A stretch of DNA of 64,000 nt from a virus: IMG/VR virus record IMGVR_UViG_3300027736_000034, positions 23,101 through 87,100 of that record; one strand, given 5' to 3'. Shown in pieces: positions 14,043 through 23,563 of the stretch. The notes beneath the pieces were generated by a model. That model searched no databases, was not told where the DNA came from, and saw only the letters and a list, made by a program, of their open reading frames with translations. Every line of letters starts with the position of its first letter. The first letter of the stretch is position 1. The translations under genes and the position numbers were made by a program.

Positions 14043-15000
14043 TTATATGTGGCAGCTTGGTGAAAATGATTGGATAAAATATGGTTGGGGGAAAAACTTA
14101 TCTTCAACTTGGTCACCGGGTGAATATTTGTATATAGATTTGAGTAATCACTCAGTCAGTGATTTGCCGGTAGCAGAATGTGCAAAAATAGCAGTAGAAA
14201 ATATTGAAAAAACTTATCCCGGGCCATATACATTGATGTGTAGTGGCGGACAAGATAGTCAGGCAATGATTTCATGCTGGCTACAAGCAAATGTTCCATT
14301 TAACATTGTTTCTATTCGTTATATATCAGAAGGTATATTTTTTAATGAACATGATTTAAAAACTTTGGAAACTTTTGCAAAAAATCAAAATCTAACAGTT
14401 GAATATAAAGACTTTGATGTAATCAATTTTTTGGAAAATGAGTTAGATTTTTACGCAAATGAATATGATTGCTCTAGTCCGCAAATTTGTACCCATATGA
14501 AAATGTCAGAATTAATAGAATCTGGTACAGTGTTATTCAGCGGAAATTATATATCAAAACCAGAAATTAATAATGGTAATATTTATGGAAAAGGTTGGGC
14601 TGTAAATTATACATTGTTTGGGATGCATAGATACTCATTAAAAATTTCAACCAAAAATAAGACAATTATTCCTTTTTTTCTAGCGCATAATTCAAATTTA
14701 GCCTTTTCTTTTCCTGCACCAGACAATACTACACCCGCTATATCCGTGACGGTTACTAATATAATAAACAAATATCATAGAAGTGACTTTCCAATAATAT
14801 TACCCCCTCTTAAATACACCGGATTTGAGGAATTAAAAAATTATTATGATAAATACTATAGTAGAATAAATACAATTACAAGATTGACATTTGCTCATAA
14901 ACCTAGCAAAAGAATTTTTGATTTGTTGTTTAGGTACCCGTACGAAAAAGCAGGTAAATGGTGCAAAACACATTTACATTTACAAAAATTTATATTTTAA
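14035..15000 (+). CDS. PP-loop (SGGxDS) nucleotide-binding protein
   Basis: LMCSGGQDSQ motif. Confidence 0.5.
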   Translation: MSNYMWQLGENDWIKYGWGKNLSSTWSPGEYLYIDLSNHSVSDLPVAECAKIAVENIEKTYPGPYTLMCSGGQDSQAMISCWLQANVPFNIVSIRYISEGIFFNEHDLKTLETFAKNQNLTVEYKDFDVINFLENELDFYANEYDCSSPQICTHMKMSELIESGTVLFSGNYISKPEINNGNIYGKGWAVNYTLFGMHRYSLKISTKNKTIIPFFLAHNSNLAFSFPAPDNTTPAISVTVTNIINKYHRSDFPIILPPLKYTGFEELKNYYDKYYSRINTITRLTFAHKPSKRIFDLLFRYPYEKAGKWCKTHLHLQKFIF

Positions 15001-15011
15001 AGAGATAAAAC

Positions 15012-16703
15012 ATGACACATTATTTGATAGATTTTAAAGACGATGCTTCAGATGAAGATATTCAGGAGTATTTAATCTCCTACCATTGCACGGTACTAGG
15101 GAAATTTGATAACCTTAATAAGGTGTATCATGTAGAAGCCAGTACGGAACCCCCTTCGTTTGAATCTATAGTTGAATTGGTACAAAATGATGATGAAACG
15201 GCAATTAACTTATTAGAAATTAAACCATTGTATAATTTTATGACTTCAACTGAATCAACTACAACAGTACATTCGGATGAAAAAAATTGGTGGAAAGTGT
15301 ATTCTATTGAAAACATAGATTTGTCAACAGATTCGTCAACTGTCCCTGTTTTTGGGGAAAGCATTGATGTTTATGTTGTTGATTCCGGCATAGATATTTC
15401 ACATGAAGAATTTGTCGGCAAAGATATAACGTTGTTGCATTCAATAATTCCAAATGATTTTAATGATTATACTGGACACGGTACTGCTCTTTCAAGTGTG
15501 ATATTAGGAAATACATGCGGAATTACAGATTGTAGTATTAAAGTTGTAAAAGTACTTAATGATGAGGGTACACCTACTAAACATAGTGATTTGCTATATG
15601 CGTTTGATGCAATAATAAATTCTATAGGTGAATCAGGGGCAAATCTTTCGGTTATCAATATAAGTTGGGCTATTCCTAAAAACACATATGTTGAAAATAA
15701 AATAAAACATTTATTAACTGCCGGTGCTGCTGTAGTAGTCGCAGCAGGTAACTCCGGTGTTCCCATAGAAAATGTAACACCTGCTTCAATGCCAAACGTG
15801 ATTACCGTTGGTGCATATCAAGAAGATTTTATGCCTTGTGATTTTTCTGATTATACTGATCCCGGTATCACAAGTCTAACATCAAATGTAGTTAATAGTG
15901 GGGCGTTAGATATTTGGGCACCAGGAAATAAAATTTATGCTGCCAAAGCAGGTGGAGGATATGGATTTGTAAGTGGTACTAGTATAGCAGCAGCAATACA
16001 GTCCGCATCAATTGCGTACTATGTCGGCCAACTACAACAGCAACATGCTAATATGTTAGATATTTATTCTAATCCGGATAATGGAATGTTTATTCCAGCC
16101 ATGGTAAATTTTGGTAGAGCAGGATTACTTGATTTGTCTGATTCTAAATATAGTAGTTCAGTTAATGCAATCACTACTTTTAGAAATTGGGAAAATTACA
16201 ATAAATCTATGACTAGTTATATTAATGGAAATTTTGATCAACTACAAAAACCTCAGAGTTTTGTACAAGTTACCAATCAACCTGAGGCTTTCTATTTTGC
16301 AAAACCTTTAGCCAGAGCATACGAATTGAAATCTCCTTTACCCGAAGGAGTATCTATAAATGGACATTTAATTCATATGAATATGAAAACTGAACCAGCA
16401 TCAGATCACGATACATATGAAATACCAGTTACCTTTTATCCTGCAGATGAATCACTATCCCCAATAGAAACAACTTTTACAATTGTACATTTACCGTCAA
16501 CTTTTGACGCTACGCTGCTAACAGCAGATGATCCAATATTAAAATTGATGTCATTCACAACCTGCTATCAACAACTAGTTCGTGAATGTGTTACAAGTTG
16601 TGGAAAATATAGGCTTCCCTGTGACACAGCCGCAGGCAGCAAATCCTGCTGGTGTCCGCCGATTCCGCCCCAATACTTTACTTATTTTTTCAATACTTTT
16701 TAG
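15012..16703 (+). CDS. Subtilisin-like S8 serine protease
   Basis: VVDSG, HGT, AAGN and GTS catalytic motifs; prodomain; Cys-rich tail. Confidence 0.9.
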   Translation: MTHYLIDFKDDASDEDIQEYLISYHCTVLGKFDNLNKVYHVEASTEPPSFESIVELVQNDDETAINLLEIKPLYNFMTSTESTTTVHSDEKNWWKVYSIENIDLSTDSSTVPVFGESIDVYVVDSGIDISHEEFVGKDITLLHSIIPNDFNDYTGHGTALSSVILGNTCGITDCSIKVVKVLNDEGTPTKHSDLLYAFDAIINSIGESGANLSVINISWAIPKNTYVENKIKHLLTAGAAVVVAAGNSGVPIENVTPASMPNVITVGAYQEDFMPCDFSDYTDPGITSLTSNVVNSGALDIWAPGNKIYAAKAGGGYGFVSGTSIAAAIQSASIAYYVGQLQQQHANMLDIYSNPDNGMFIPAMVNFGRAGLLDLSDSKYSSSVNAITTFRNWENYNKSMTSYINGNFDQLQKPQSFVQVTNQPEAFYFAKPLARAYELKSPLPEGVSINGHLIHMNMKTEPASDHDTYEIPVTFYPADESLSPIETTFTIVHLPSTFDATLLTADDPILKLMSFTTCYQQLVRECVTSCGKYRLPCDTAAGSKSCWCPPIPPQYFTYFFNTF

Positions 16704-16707
16704 TAAA

Positions 16708-17568
16708 ATGATAGAAATAAAAAATAACAAGCATCTTTGTATAATTTTTCAACCAAGATCAGGATCACATGTATTACGTTATTACTTGAGCAATATATTA
16801 AATCGACATAATTTAACCGAGTGGTTCAATCCCGGGATAATTCCCCCGGATGTAATAGTTGATATTGAACATGCAATAGTACATAAAAATGGAACTCCGG
16901 CTATAGCTTCCGAATTAATTTATAAAAAGGATAACCTTGAGGAACAAAAATCTATATTTTTAAGTCGTATAGATACCTTAAATAATCTCTCTAAAATCAA
17001 TCAATATTCGGTAATGTCTATGTATACAGAACCATATGTAGTATTGGATAAAACTTGGTTGAAAATAGCAGCCGAACAAGAAAACATACAATTTATTTCT
17101 TTAGAAAGAGCCGACGTGCTATATTCTATGATTTCGTTAATAGTTGCTGTGCGTAGTAAAGTTTGGCATAACCATGAAACTGTTTTATTTAGTAGAAATT
17201 TGAATAAATTTAATATTGATATTAATAAAATGAAACACGCCTTGGATATGTATATCAAAAAAACAGATATACAGAATGAATATTTTGGTGATTTGAAAAC
17301 AATATATTATGAACAATTTCAATATAAAATTACTAATATTTCCAAACTATTCAACGTACCAAACAAGATAATATCTATTCCGTATAGCAAATTTCAAGGT
17401 AATCATAAAAATTTGATATCTAATATAGATGAAATAGAAGATTATTATGAAGAATTTGTTAACAAACATCCAGATTACTTCCCGCAATATTTTGATAAAC
17501 TTACTCACATAAACATACCCGCCAATCAAGGTAGGCAACCAGAAATACTGTTACCCGAATACAGTTGA
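16708..17568 (+). CDS. Sulfotransferase-like protein (Stf0-like)
   Basis: QPRSGS PAPS-binding loop; LER...S; IYYE. Confidence 0.6.
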   Translation: MIEIKNNKHLCIIFQPRSGSHVLRYYLSNILNRHNLTEWFNPGIIPPDVIVDIEHAIVHKNGTPAIASELIYKKDNLEEQKSIFLSRIDTLNNLSKINQYSVMSMYTEPYVVLDKTWLKIAAEQENIQFISLERADVLYSMISLIVAVRSKVWHNHETVLFSRNLNKFNIDINKMKHALDMYIKKTDIQNEYFGDLKTIYYEQFQYKITNISKLFNVPNKIISIPYSKFQGNHKNLISNIDEIEDYYEEFVNKHPDYFPQYFDKLTHINIPANQGRQPEILLPEYS

Positions 17569-17593
17569 CTTATAACCAATTCTGCTGTATAAT
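17565..17593 (+). promoter_or_regulatory. sigma70-type promoter for rpoZ
   Basis: TTGACT-17-TATAAT. Confidence 0.7.
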
Positions 17594-17616
17594 AACATCT
17601 TTAACTAGGAGATATT

Positions 17617-17835
17617 ATGTCTGAAAGCAGAGCAAGATACACTAGCCAAGAGGCTGTAGAGATGATTGGTAATCGTTTTGAAATGGTTCTAATCGCTTGT
17701 GCTAGGGTTAGGGAACTCAAGCGCGGACACAAGTCTAAACTAGATAAACCTACTAGTGCAGGACCATCAGTAGTTGCATTAATGGAAATTGAAAAGGGCC
17801 TAGTCGGCCGTGAATATCTTAAACAATTAAGATAA
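17617..17835 (+). CDS. rpoZ: RNA polymerase omega subunit
   Basis: ARYT...[20 protein letters not shown]...[10 protein letters not shown]; AGGAG RBS. Confidence 0.85.
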   Translation: MSESRARYTSQEAVEMIGNRFEMVLIACARVRELKRGHKSKLDKPTSAGPSVVALMEIEKGLVGREYLKQLR

Positions 17836-17898
17836 TTTACCCAAAATACATATACAACAACTGGATGTTGTTGTATAATACACGTATTGAAAGATTAA

Positions 17899-18011
17899 AG
17901 GATCGGTTCAGCAATTTAACCATTACTGGATGATGGGCAAAGATAACTTCAAGCCTATCAAGGTGAGTTTGGATTTCTCACTTGAATAAAAAAGTACAAA
18001 ACGATCCTGTT
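17899..18011 (+). ncRNA. Y-RNA-like CAGCAA-motif RNA, copy C
   Basis: AGGATCGGTTCAGCAA...AAAACGATCCTGTT, ends identical to copy A; three internal hairpins. Confidence 0.7.
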
Positions 18012-18020
18012 TTTTATATT

Positions 18021-18079
18021 AGGGTGCTTCCAGCAAATTTAAAAACTTTACTTGAAATCAAGCAAAACAGCACCCTGTT
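18021..18079 (+). ncRNA. Y-RNA-like CAGCAA-motif RNA, copy D
   Basis: AGGGTGCT/AGCACCCT+GTT, CAGCAA; compensatory stem changes relative to A-C. Confidence 0.7.
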
Positions 18080-18109
18080 GCAAACAATACTCACAGAAAG
18101 GAGAAAACT

Positions 18110-19525
18110 ATGCAATTCGCAAACGCAATACTAAACCAAGAGGCTCGTACCACTAATGGTATGAAGGCTCGTGAATCAACCGCTAACGCATGTGTTGATT
18201 TGTTCTATAACATCGGTGCAAGCCGTGGTAAGAACATCATCCCGCAATTCACAGCGGCTTATGTAGAAAATGCAGACCTAGCATTACGTATCGTCCAATG
18301 GGCACGTGATGTTCGTGGTGGTGCGGGTGAACGTGAATTGTTCCGTCAAGTCATGTTGCACTTGGAAAAGACTAACCCAGCTGATGCTGCTCGTCTTATG
18401 TCTAAGGTACCAGAACTTGGTCGTTTTGACGATTTGCTAGTTTTTCAAACTAAGGATATGAAGGCTAAGGCTTACACATTGCTTGGTGACTACTTGCGTC
18501 AAAATAACGGACTCGCTGCTAAGTGGACTCCGCGTAAGGGCAAGATCGCGGCTGAAATTCGTGACTTCTACGGTATGACTCCAAAGCAATATCGTAAGAC
18601 TCTTGTTGGTATGACTACTGTTGTTGAAACACAAATGTGTTCTAATGACTGGGATAACATCAACTACAGTCACGTTCCATCTGTAGCGCATAGTCGTTAC
18701 AAGAAGGCTTTCGGTCGTCATGGTACAACTTATGCTGAGTACATCACTAAGTTGGTTAAGGGTGAAGCAGGTGTGAAGATCAATGCTAACGCAATCTTCC
18801 CGCACGATGTGTTGAAGGGTCGTATCAGTGGATACGGTGCTACAACTTGGTCTAAGACTGAGTTGGATGCTATTGAAGCACAATGGAATGCATTGCCTAA
18901 CTACGTTGGTGACTCAAGCGTGTTGCCTCTAGTTGACGTTAGTGGCTCTATGACCTGCATTGCAGGGAAGAAGGGTTCTACTACTTGCCTAGAAATCGCA
19001 GTTAGCTTGGGATTGTATTTTGCTGATAAGAACAAGGGTAAGTTCAAGGACTGCTTCTTGACTTTCAGCGACAAGCCAAAGTTGTTGAACCTTAAGGGTT
19101 CAATCAACCAAAAGATTGACCAAATGGTCAGTTCTGATTGGGGTATGAGTACAAACCTACATGGTGCGTTCAATCAAATCCTTGACACTGCTGTTAAGAA
19201 CAAGGTATCACAAGCAGAAATGCCTGAAACTTTGATGATTTTCAGCGACATGCAATTTAACGCCTGCGTTAAGTATGATGACAGTGCAATGGAAATGATC
19301 GCACGTAAGTACGCCGAAGCAGGTTACGATTTGCCTAAGGTAGTTTTCTGGAACTTGAATGCTAGCGGAAACGCTCCAGTTGAGTTTGACAAGGGTGGTA
19401 CCGCTCTTGTGTCAGGATTCAGCCCAGCAATCGCTGCTAGCGTATTGGGTGCAGACCCAGATGCATTCTCGCCTGAAGCAATTATGCTTAAGGCCGTGAT
19501 GAATAGTCGCTACGATTTGGCGTAA
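18110..19525 (+). CDS. Ro60/TROVE-like protein with C-terminal vWA domain (DUF2828-like)
   Basis: T.NG, RDVRGGAGER, GRFDDL, AAKW.PR in the helical part; MIDAS DVSGSM; FSDMQF; FWNL; SGFS. Confidence 0.8.
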   Translation: MQFANAILNQEARTTNGMKARESTANACVDLFYNIGASRGKNIIPQFTAAYVENADLALRIVQWARDVRGGAGERELFRQVMLHLEKTNPADAARLMSKVPELGRFDDLLVFQTKDMKAKAYTLLGDYLRQNNGLAAKWTPRKGKIAAEIRDFYGMTPKQYRKTLVGMTTVVETQMCSNDWDNINYSHVPSVAHSRYKKAFGRHGTTYAEYITKLVKGEAGVKINANAIFPHDVLKGRISGYGATTWSKTELDAIEAQWNALPNYVGDSSVLPLVDVSGSMTCIAGKKGSTTCLEIAVSLGLYFADKNKGKFKDCFLTFSDKPKLLNLKGSINQKIDQMVSSDWGMSTNLHGAFNQILDTAVKNKVSQAEMPETLMIFSDMQFNACVKYDDSAMEMIARKYAEAGYDLPKVVFWNLNASGNAPVEFDKGGTALVSGFSPAIAASVLGADPDAFSPEAIMLKAVMNSRYDLA

Positions 19526-19578
19526 GCTAAATAGAGTAACACGGCAGGTGCCTCTGCGAAAGTACGCACTTGTTCTCT

Positions 19579-19602
19579 AAATGCCCGGTTCATCCGGGCA
19601 TT
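19579..19602 (+). terminator. GC-rich hairpin, probable terminator
   Basis: AATGCCCGG-TTCAT-CCGGGCATT. Confidence 0.5.
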
Positions 19603-19645
19603 GCCATAACTTGACAAATAATGGTGAAGGTGATATACTATGACT

Positions 19646-19954
19646 ATGCGTAAATTAATTAAAAACGGAAAAGTAGCGGTACTATACAGCCCTGACTTTG
19701 GTGCTGGATGGTACACATGGAATCAAGACCATCCAGAGATATTATTTGACCCTGCAATGGTAAAACTTGTAGAGAAGGGACAGTATGATGAATTGGCTAC
19801 TTATGTAGAATTGAAGTATCCAGGCATATATACACTTGGATTGATTAGTTTACAGGTAGAATGGATAGAAGAAGGTAAAAAATTTCGTGTAGTAGAATAC
19901 GACGGTGATGAAAGTATACAAGTAGAAGATGACATGGATTGGATGATAGCATAG
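19646..19954 (+). CDS. Hypothetical phage protein, probably leaderless
   Basis: TTGACA-17-TATACT at 19611-19639, ATG 6 nt downstream; VAVLYSPDFGAGW...EYDG.E. Confidence 0.7.
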   Translation: MRKLIKNGKVAVLYSPDFGAGWYTWNQDHPEILFDPAMVKLVEKGQYDELATYVELKYPGIYTLGLISLQVEWIEEGKKFRVVEYDGDESIQVEDDMDWMIA

Positions 19955-20187
19955 TGTATAAAGTAATAACAAAAGAAGGGTTTCCCCTTGCTAGTTGTTT
20001 GTCGTTGAATAGTGCAATGGACACAGCAAAGGCGTACGGGCAGTTTGTAACTATTCGTGGCCCAGACGGAATGGAATTTGTAGGACGATTCGGTGTTGAT
20101 AGTGTAGTTGATGGAAAGACTCCTGATGGAGTAGCATACACTTGGAACAAGGCAAGTAGAATCGGCCGAGTAAAGAAGGAGAAATAA
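19954..20187 (+). CDS. Hypothetical protein
   Basis: Fills the operon gap; GTG start inferred. Confidence 0.55.
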   Translation: MYKVITKEGFPLASCLSLNSAMDTAKAYGQFVTIRGPDGMEFVGRFGVDSVVDGKTPDGVAYTWNKASRIGRVKKEK

Positions 20188-20188
20188 T

Positions 20189-20791
20189 ATGCCAGCAGTA
20201 TTTTTAGTATCGGACACACACTTTGGGCATGCCGGAGTATGTAGATTTACAGAGAGTGACGGAGTAACAAAGATTCGCCCATGGACTGATCCACATGAAA
20301 TGGATGAGGAAATGATTAAACGTTGGAACGATACAGTTCGTCCAAACGACAAAGTATATCACTTGGGTGATGTGGTTATCAATCGCAAAGCATTACCAAC
20401 GATGGCTCGCTTAAACGGTGATAAAGTTTTAATTCGTGGCAATCACGATATCTTCCCTGATGTGGAATATAGTAGGTACTTCCGTGAATTAAGAGCATAT
20501 CATGTTATGAACGGAATGATTTTAAGTCATATTCCGTTGCATAGTGATAGCTTGGGTAGATTTGGTACCAACATTCACGGACATTTACATTCTAATCGTG
20601 TAAAGAAAGCACGTGGGGTTGATGCTAGAACCGGAGAAGTTCTGTATAGTGATGAACCAGACGTTCGCTATCATTGTGTTTGTGTTGAGCAAACTGACTT
20701 TACTCCTATCTTATTCGAAGATGTTATTAAACGGATCGAGGCAGAAGGTGGGTCAGTTGGCTTCAAAAACGGCAATGGCCCAACTATGTGA
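20189..20791 (+). CDS. Calcineurin-like metallophosphoesterase
   Basis: SDTHFGH, HLGD, GNHD, SH.P, HGHLH. Confidence 0.9.
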   Translation: MPAVFLVSDTHFGHAGVCRFTESDGVTKIRPWTDPHEMDEEMIKRWNDTVRPNDKVYHLGDVVINRKALPTMARLNGDKVLIRGNHDIFPDVEYSRYFRELRAYHVMNGMILSHIPLHSDSLGRFGTNIHGHLHSNRVKKARGVDARTGEVLYSDEPDVRYHCVCVEQTDFTPILFEDVIKRIEAEGGSVGFKNGNGPTM

Positions 20792-20813
20792 TAAATAAAA
20801 GAAAAGGCAACCT

Positions 20814-21011
20814 ATGACATTCAATAAAGTAACATTAGCAGCATCAGCAATTCAGCAACATACTGCATTGGTTCGTAATGAAGAACGTCATAGGGAAATG
20901 ATTGTTAATGACCGTCATATTAAAGAACGCCTTATTGATAATGAAATACATAGAATAGAGGCAAACCGCAGAATGATGCGGGCAGGACAAAATATAGATA
21001 AGTTAGCATAG
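20814..21011 (+). CDS. Hypothetical protein
   Basis: ORF followed by terminator. Confidence 0.55.
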   Translation: MTFNKVTLAASAIQQHTALVRNEERHREMIVNDRHIKERLIDNEIHRIEANRRMMRAGQNIDKLA

Positions 21012-21037
21012 TGGGGTCTTAGGGCCCTACTTTTTTG
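21011..21037 (+). terminator. Intrinsic terminator
   Basis: AGTGGGGTC-TTAG-GGCCCTACT followed by T run. Confidence 0.75.
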
Positions 21038-21080
21038 GATTTAATTTAATAATTATAATATACGTATAAATAAGAATATC

Positions 21081-21551
21081 ATGTTTCAATTCATCACAGA
21101 CCTTTCACACACATTATTAAGTTTTATAAAAGACGATCCTGTACGCCCTGAAATCTCTAAAGATTTTAGAGTTAGCGATGGTAGGGTTGTAGCAGCATTA
21201 ACTGATGAAGAACAAAATCCAGAAGCAATGGTTTGTGTTAGCTTCCATGATTTTGTTCCTGAAGATGTTGAAGGGTTAAGTAAAACCTCAAGTGTTCCTA
21301 CTACCGCCATATTTTATACCATATGGAGTTACAAAAGTGGCAAAGGTAGAGATTTGCTTTATCAAGCGGTAAAAGGAATTCAAGCACAATATCCTAGTGT
21401 TACAAGATTTGTGACACTAAGCCCTAAGACAAACGTGGCCCGTAGATTTCATCTAAAGAACGGGGCTATTGTTTTGCGTGAGAACATAGATACTACCAAT
21501 TATGAGTATCTGACAGAAATCCCTAAAGAATCCCCCGAAAATAACGGTTGA
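21081..21551 (+). CDS. Hypothetical protein, possible GNAT-like fold
   Basis: FYTIWSY..G.G..L; TLSPKT..A.RFHLKNGA. Confidence 0.55.
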   Translation: MFQFITDLSHTLLSFIKDDPVRPEISKDFRVSDGRVVAALTDEEQNPEAMVCVSFHDFVPEDVEGLSKTSSVPTTAIFYTIWSYKSGKGRDLLYQAVKGIQAQYPSVTRFVTLSPKTNVARRFHLKNGAIVLRENIDTTNYEYLTEIPKESPENNG

Positions 21552-21582
21552 CAATAAATGGTTTTGGGTGTATACTGTGAGT

Positions 21583-22098
21583 ATGCTGAGAGAACACCTA
21601 AAATCTCGTCACTTAGACTTAGAACTTCACAGGCCCGTGCTTGATGAAGTTGAAGGTGTTGCTACATTCTATTTGTGGAATCTAAGCGGCCAATTAATCG
21701 GATATCAGCAATATCGCCCCTTGGGCGAGAAAAAACCACAGAATAATCCCAAACAGGGCAAGTATTTCACATACCGAAATCAGCCCACCCAGACAGTCTG
21801 GGGCGTAGAAAGTCTACATTTAAGCCCCGGAGTCGTGTTTGTGTGTGAGGGGGTGTTTGATGCGGCCAGGTTGACTGAGCGTGGATTTAGTGCGTTGGCC
21901 GTGCTATCTAACAACCCCAATCAAGACTTGGGAAACTGGTTAACCTGTCTTAACCGCAAAGTTATCACAGTTTGCGACAATGACGATGCAGGCCGCAAGT
22001 TGGCCAAGTTTGGAAACTGTTGCGTTTTTACAACAGATAAGGACCTAGGGGATAGCGACACGGAATTCGTCTCGGCCTTACTAGAAACCCACGGTTGA
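21583..22098 (+). CDS. Toprim-domain (primase-like) protein
   Basis: VFVCEGVFDA...VCDNDDAG...DKDLGD. Confidence 0.75.
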   Translation: MLREHLKSRHLDLELHRPVLDEVEGVATFYLWNLSGQLIGYQQYRPLGEKKPQNNPKQGKYFTYRNQPTQTVWGVESLHLSPGVVFVCEGVFDAARLTERGFSALAVLSNNPNQDLGNWLTCLNRKVITVCDNDDAGRKLAKFGNCCVFTTDKDLGDSDTEFVSALLETHG

Positions 22099-22129
22099 CA
22101 TTAAATGGTTTTGGGTATATAATACACTT

Positions 22130-22468
22130 ATGAACTCGAAAATCGCCCGTAAGCGTAGAACAGACCGTAATCAAGTGATATACTACATACAAGATGTAGT
22201 TACACAAGAATATTATATTGGTCTTACTGCGTTGTCATTCAAGGGTAATGTGTTTCGCACACTACGCCGTCGTATGCAAAAGCATATGCAACGGGCCTTG
22301 ACTGAGCGTAAGAATTGGGGTCTGTCTTGTGCATTGCGTGAACGTGGTGCCGAGCGTTTTATATTCGGTGTTATTGAAGTTGTTCGTGGCAAGCGTCCTG
22401 CTCATGCCCGTGAAACAGAATTGATTAACACATTGCGTCCCGAATTGAACACATTCGGGATTAAGTAA
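22130..22468 (+). CDS. GIY-YIG-like nuclease
   Basis: VIYYI......YYIGLT...R...H...E...I....LN. Confidence 0.65.
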   Translation: MNSKIARKRRTDRNQVIYYIQDVVTQEYYIGLTALSFKGNVFRTLRRRMQKHMQRALTERKNWGLSCALRERGAERFIFGVIEVVRGKRPAHARETELINTLRPELNTFGIK

Positions 22469-22478
22469 GGAGAACATT

Positions 22479-22685
22479 ATGAAATACTTTTGGGATAAAG
22501 CAAAAGGTCTCAATGCTGACATTGAGCGTCACCGCGCCAAGGAAAAGGAATTAGAATCTAAGATTGCTGAACTTGAAGGTAAAGAAGATCCAATGAGTAT
22601 TGCCGCATTGCGAGTGTATCGTAGGTTTCTTTATCAATTACAAGTAAGCAAGGTAGAAGTTGTTTCTAAGATTGGAAAAAAGTAA
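22479..22685 (+). CDS. Hypothetical protein (second copy at window end)
   Basis: AAGGAG RBS; 22552-22678 is identical to the reverse complement of 63874-64000. Confidence 0.75.
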   Translation: MKYFWDKAKGLNADIERHRAKEKELESKIAELEGKEDPMSIAALRVYRRFLYQLQVSKVEVVSKIGKK

Positions 22686-22867
22686 TGAACGAACGAATTG
22701 ATAAACTGCTGGTTAAGGCTGGAGCATACTTTGGTGGCGAAGGTGTTGTTTATGATGCCTTTGATCCTGAAAAGTTCGCCGAGTTGATTGTGCAGGAATG
22801 TGCTGAGATTTGTTTGGAAGCAAATAACCATAAAAATATCTTACGATATTTCGGAGTTGAAGAATGA
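22685..22867 (+). CDS. MNERI/EKFAELIV family microprotein
   Basis: Paralog motifs; translationally coupled. Confidence 0.7.
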   Translation: MNERIDKLLVKAGAYFGGEGVVYDAFDPEKFAELIVQECAEICLEANNHKNILRYFGVEE

Positions 22868-23082
22868 ACACACCAATCGTACCTGATAATGTAATCAAGA
22901 TGTGGGCGGATCCTCGCTTTCAAATTCTAGCAGAAGTTGATAAATTATTGACAGGTAGCAAGACATGGGCGGGTATGGAATACACCTATCATCCTATACA
23001 TCCTGACAAGTATAAACCAGTTGCAGTAAAGGTACGTAAAGCATTGTATGACCTTCAAGCAGAATATGGAGTTTTAGAATGA
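22864..23082 (+). CDS. Hypothetical protein
   Basis: ATGA overlaps on both sides. Confidence 0.6.
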   Translation: MNTPIVPDNVIKMWADPRFQILAEVDKLLTGSKTWAGMEYTYHPIHPDKYKPVAVKVRKALYDLQAEYGVLE

Positions 23083-23342
23083 ACGAACAAATTGAAAAAC
23101 TTGCTGAACAGTGCCGAATTGAAACTTACGGGGTAAATGGTGAGTTACTAGAGTTTGGGTTTGACCAAGAAAAGTTCGCCGAGTTGATTATAGAGGAGTG
23201 TGCTAGGGAGGTTGAAGAATTTGCACGAAAGTGGTGGTCTATTCATTGTCATAGCAACAAACACGCAGAGACAACCCGTAAAGCACATGACGATTTTTGT
23301 TCGTTGCAAGCAGCAATCAGAAGAAGAGGAAAAACGGAATGA
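23079..23342 (+). CDS. EKFAELI family microprotein
   Basis: MNEQIEKLAEQ...EKFAELIIEEC. Confidence 0.7.
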   Translation: MNEQIEKLAEQCRIETYGVNGELLEFGFDQEKFAELIIEECAREVEEFARKWWSIHCHSNKHAETTRKAHDDFCSLQAAIRRRGKTE

Positions 23343-23563
23343 ACAAACGAATTAAAGAACTTGAACCCCAATGTTGGGAACACAATGAATTTGGTCTTAA
23401 TTTCAATTACGAAAAGTTCGCCGAGTTGATTGTGCGGGAATGTGCTTTAGTTGCTAAAACTCTACCGCATACCCCAGAAAGACATTGGGTTCAAGATTCA
23501 GTAACGTACATACCTGTTCATTGTGAGCAGAATATACTAAAACATTTCGGAGTTAAAGAATGA
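23339..23563 (+). CDS. EKFAELIV family microprotein
   Basis: MNKRIKEL...EKFAELIVREC...HFGVKE. Confidence 0.7.
   Translation: MNKRIKELEPQCWEHNEFGLNFNYEKFAELIVRECALVAKTLPHTPERHWVQDSVTYIPVHCEQNILKHFGVKE

Noticed and set aside
13751-14116. N-terminal extension of the minus-strand GNAT ORF
   Set aside because: It is antisense to the Cys-rich gene; the GNAT domain starts at 13750.
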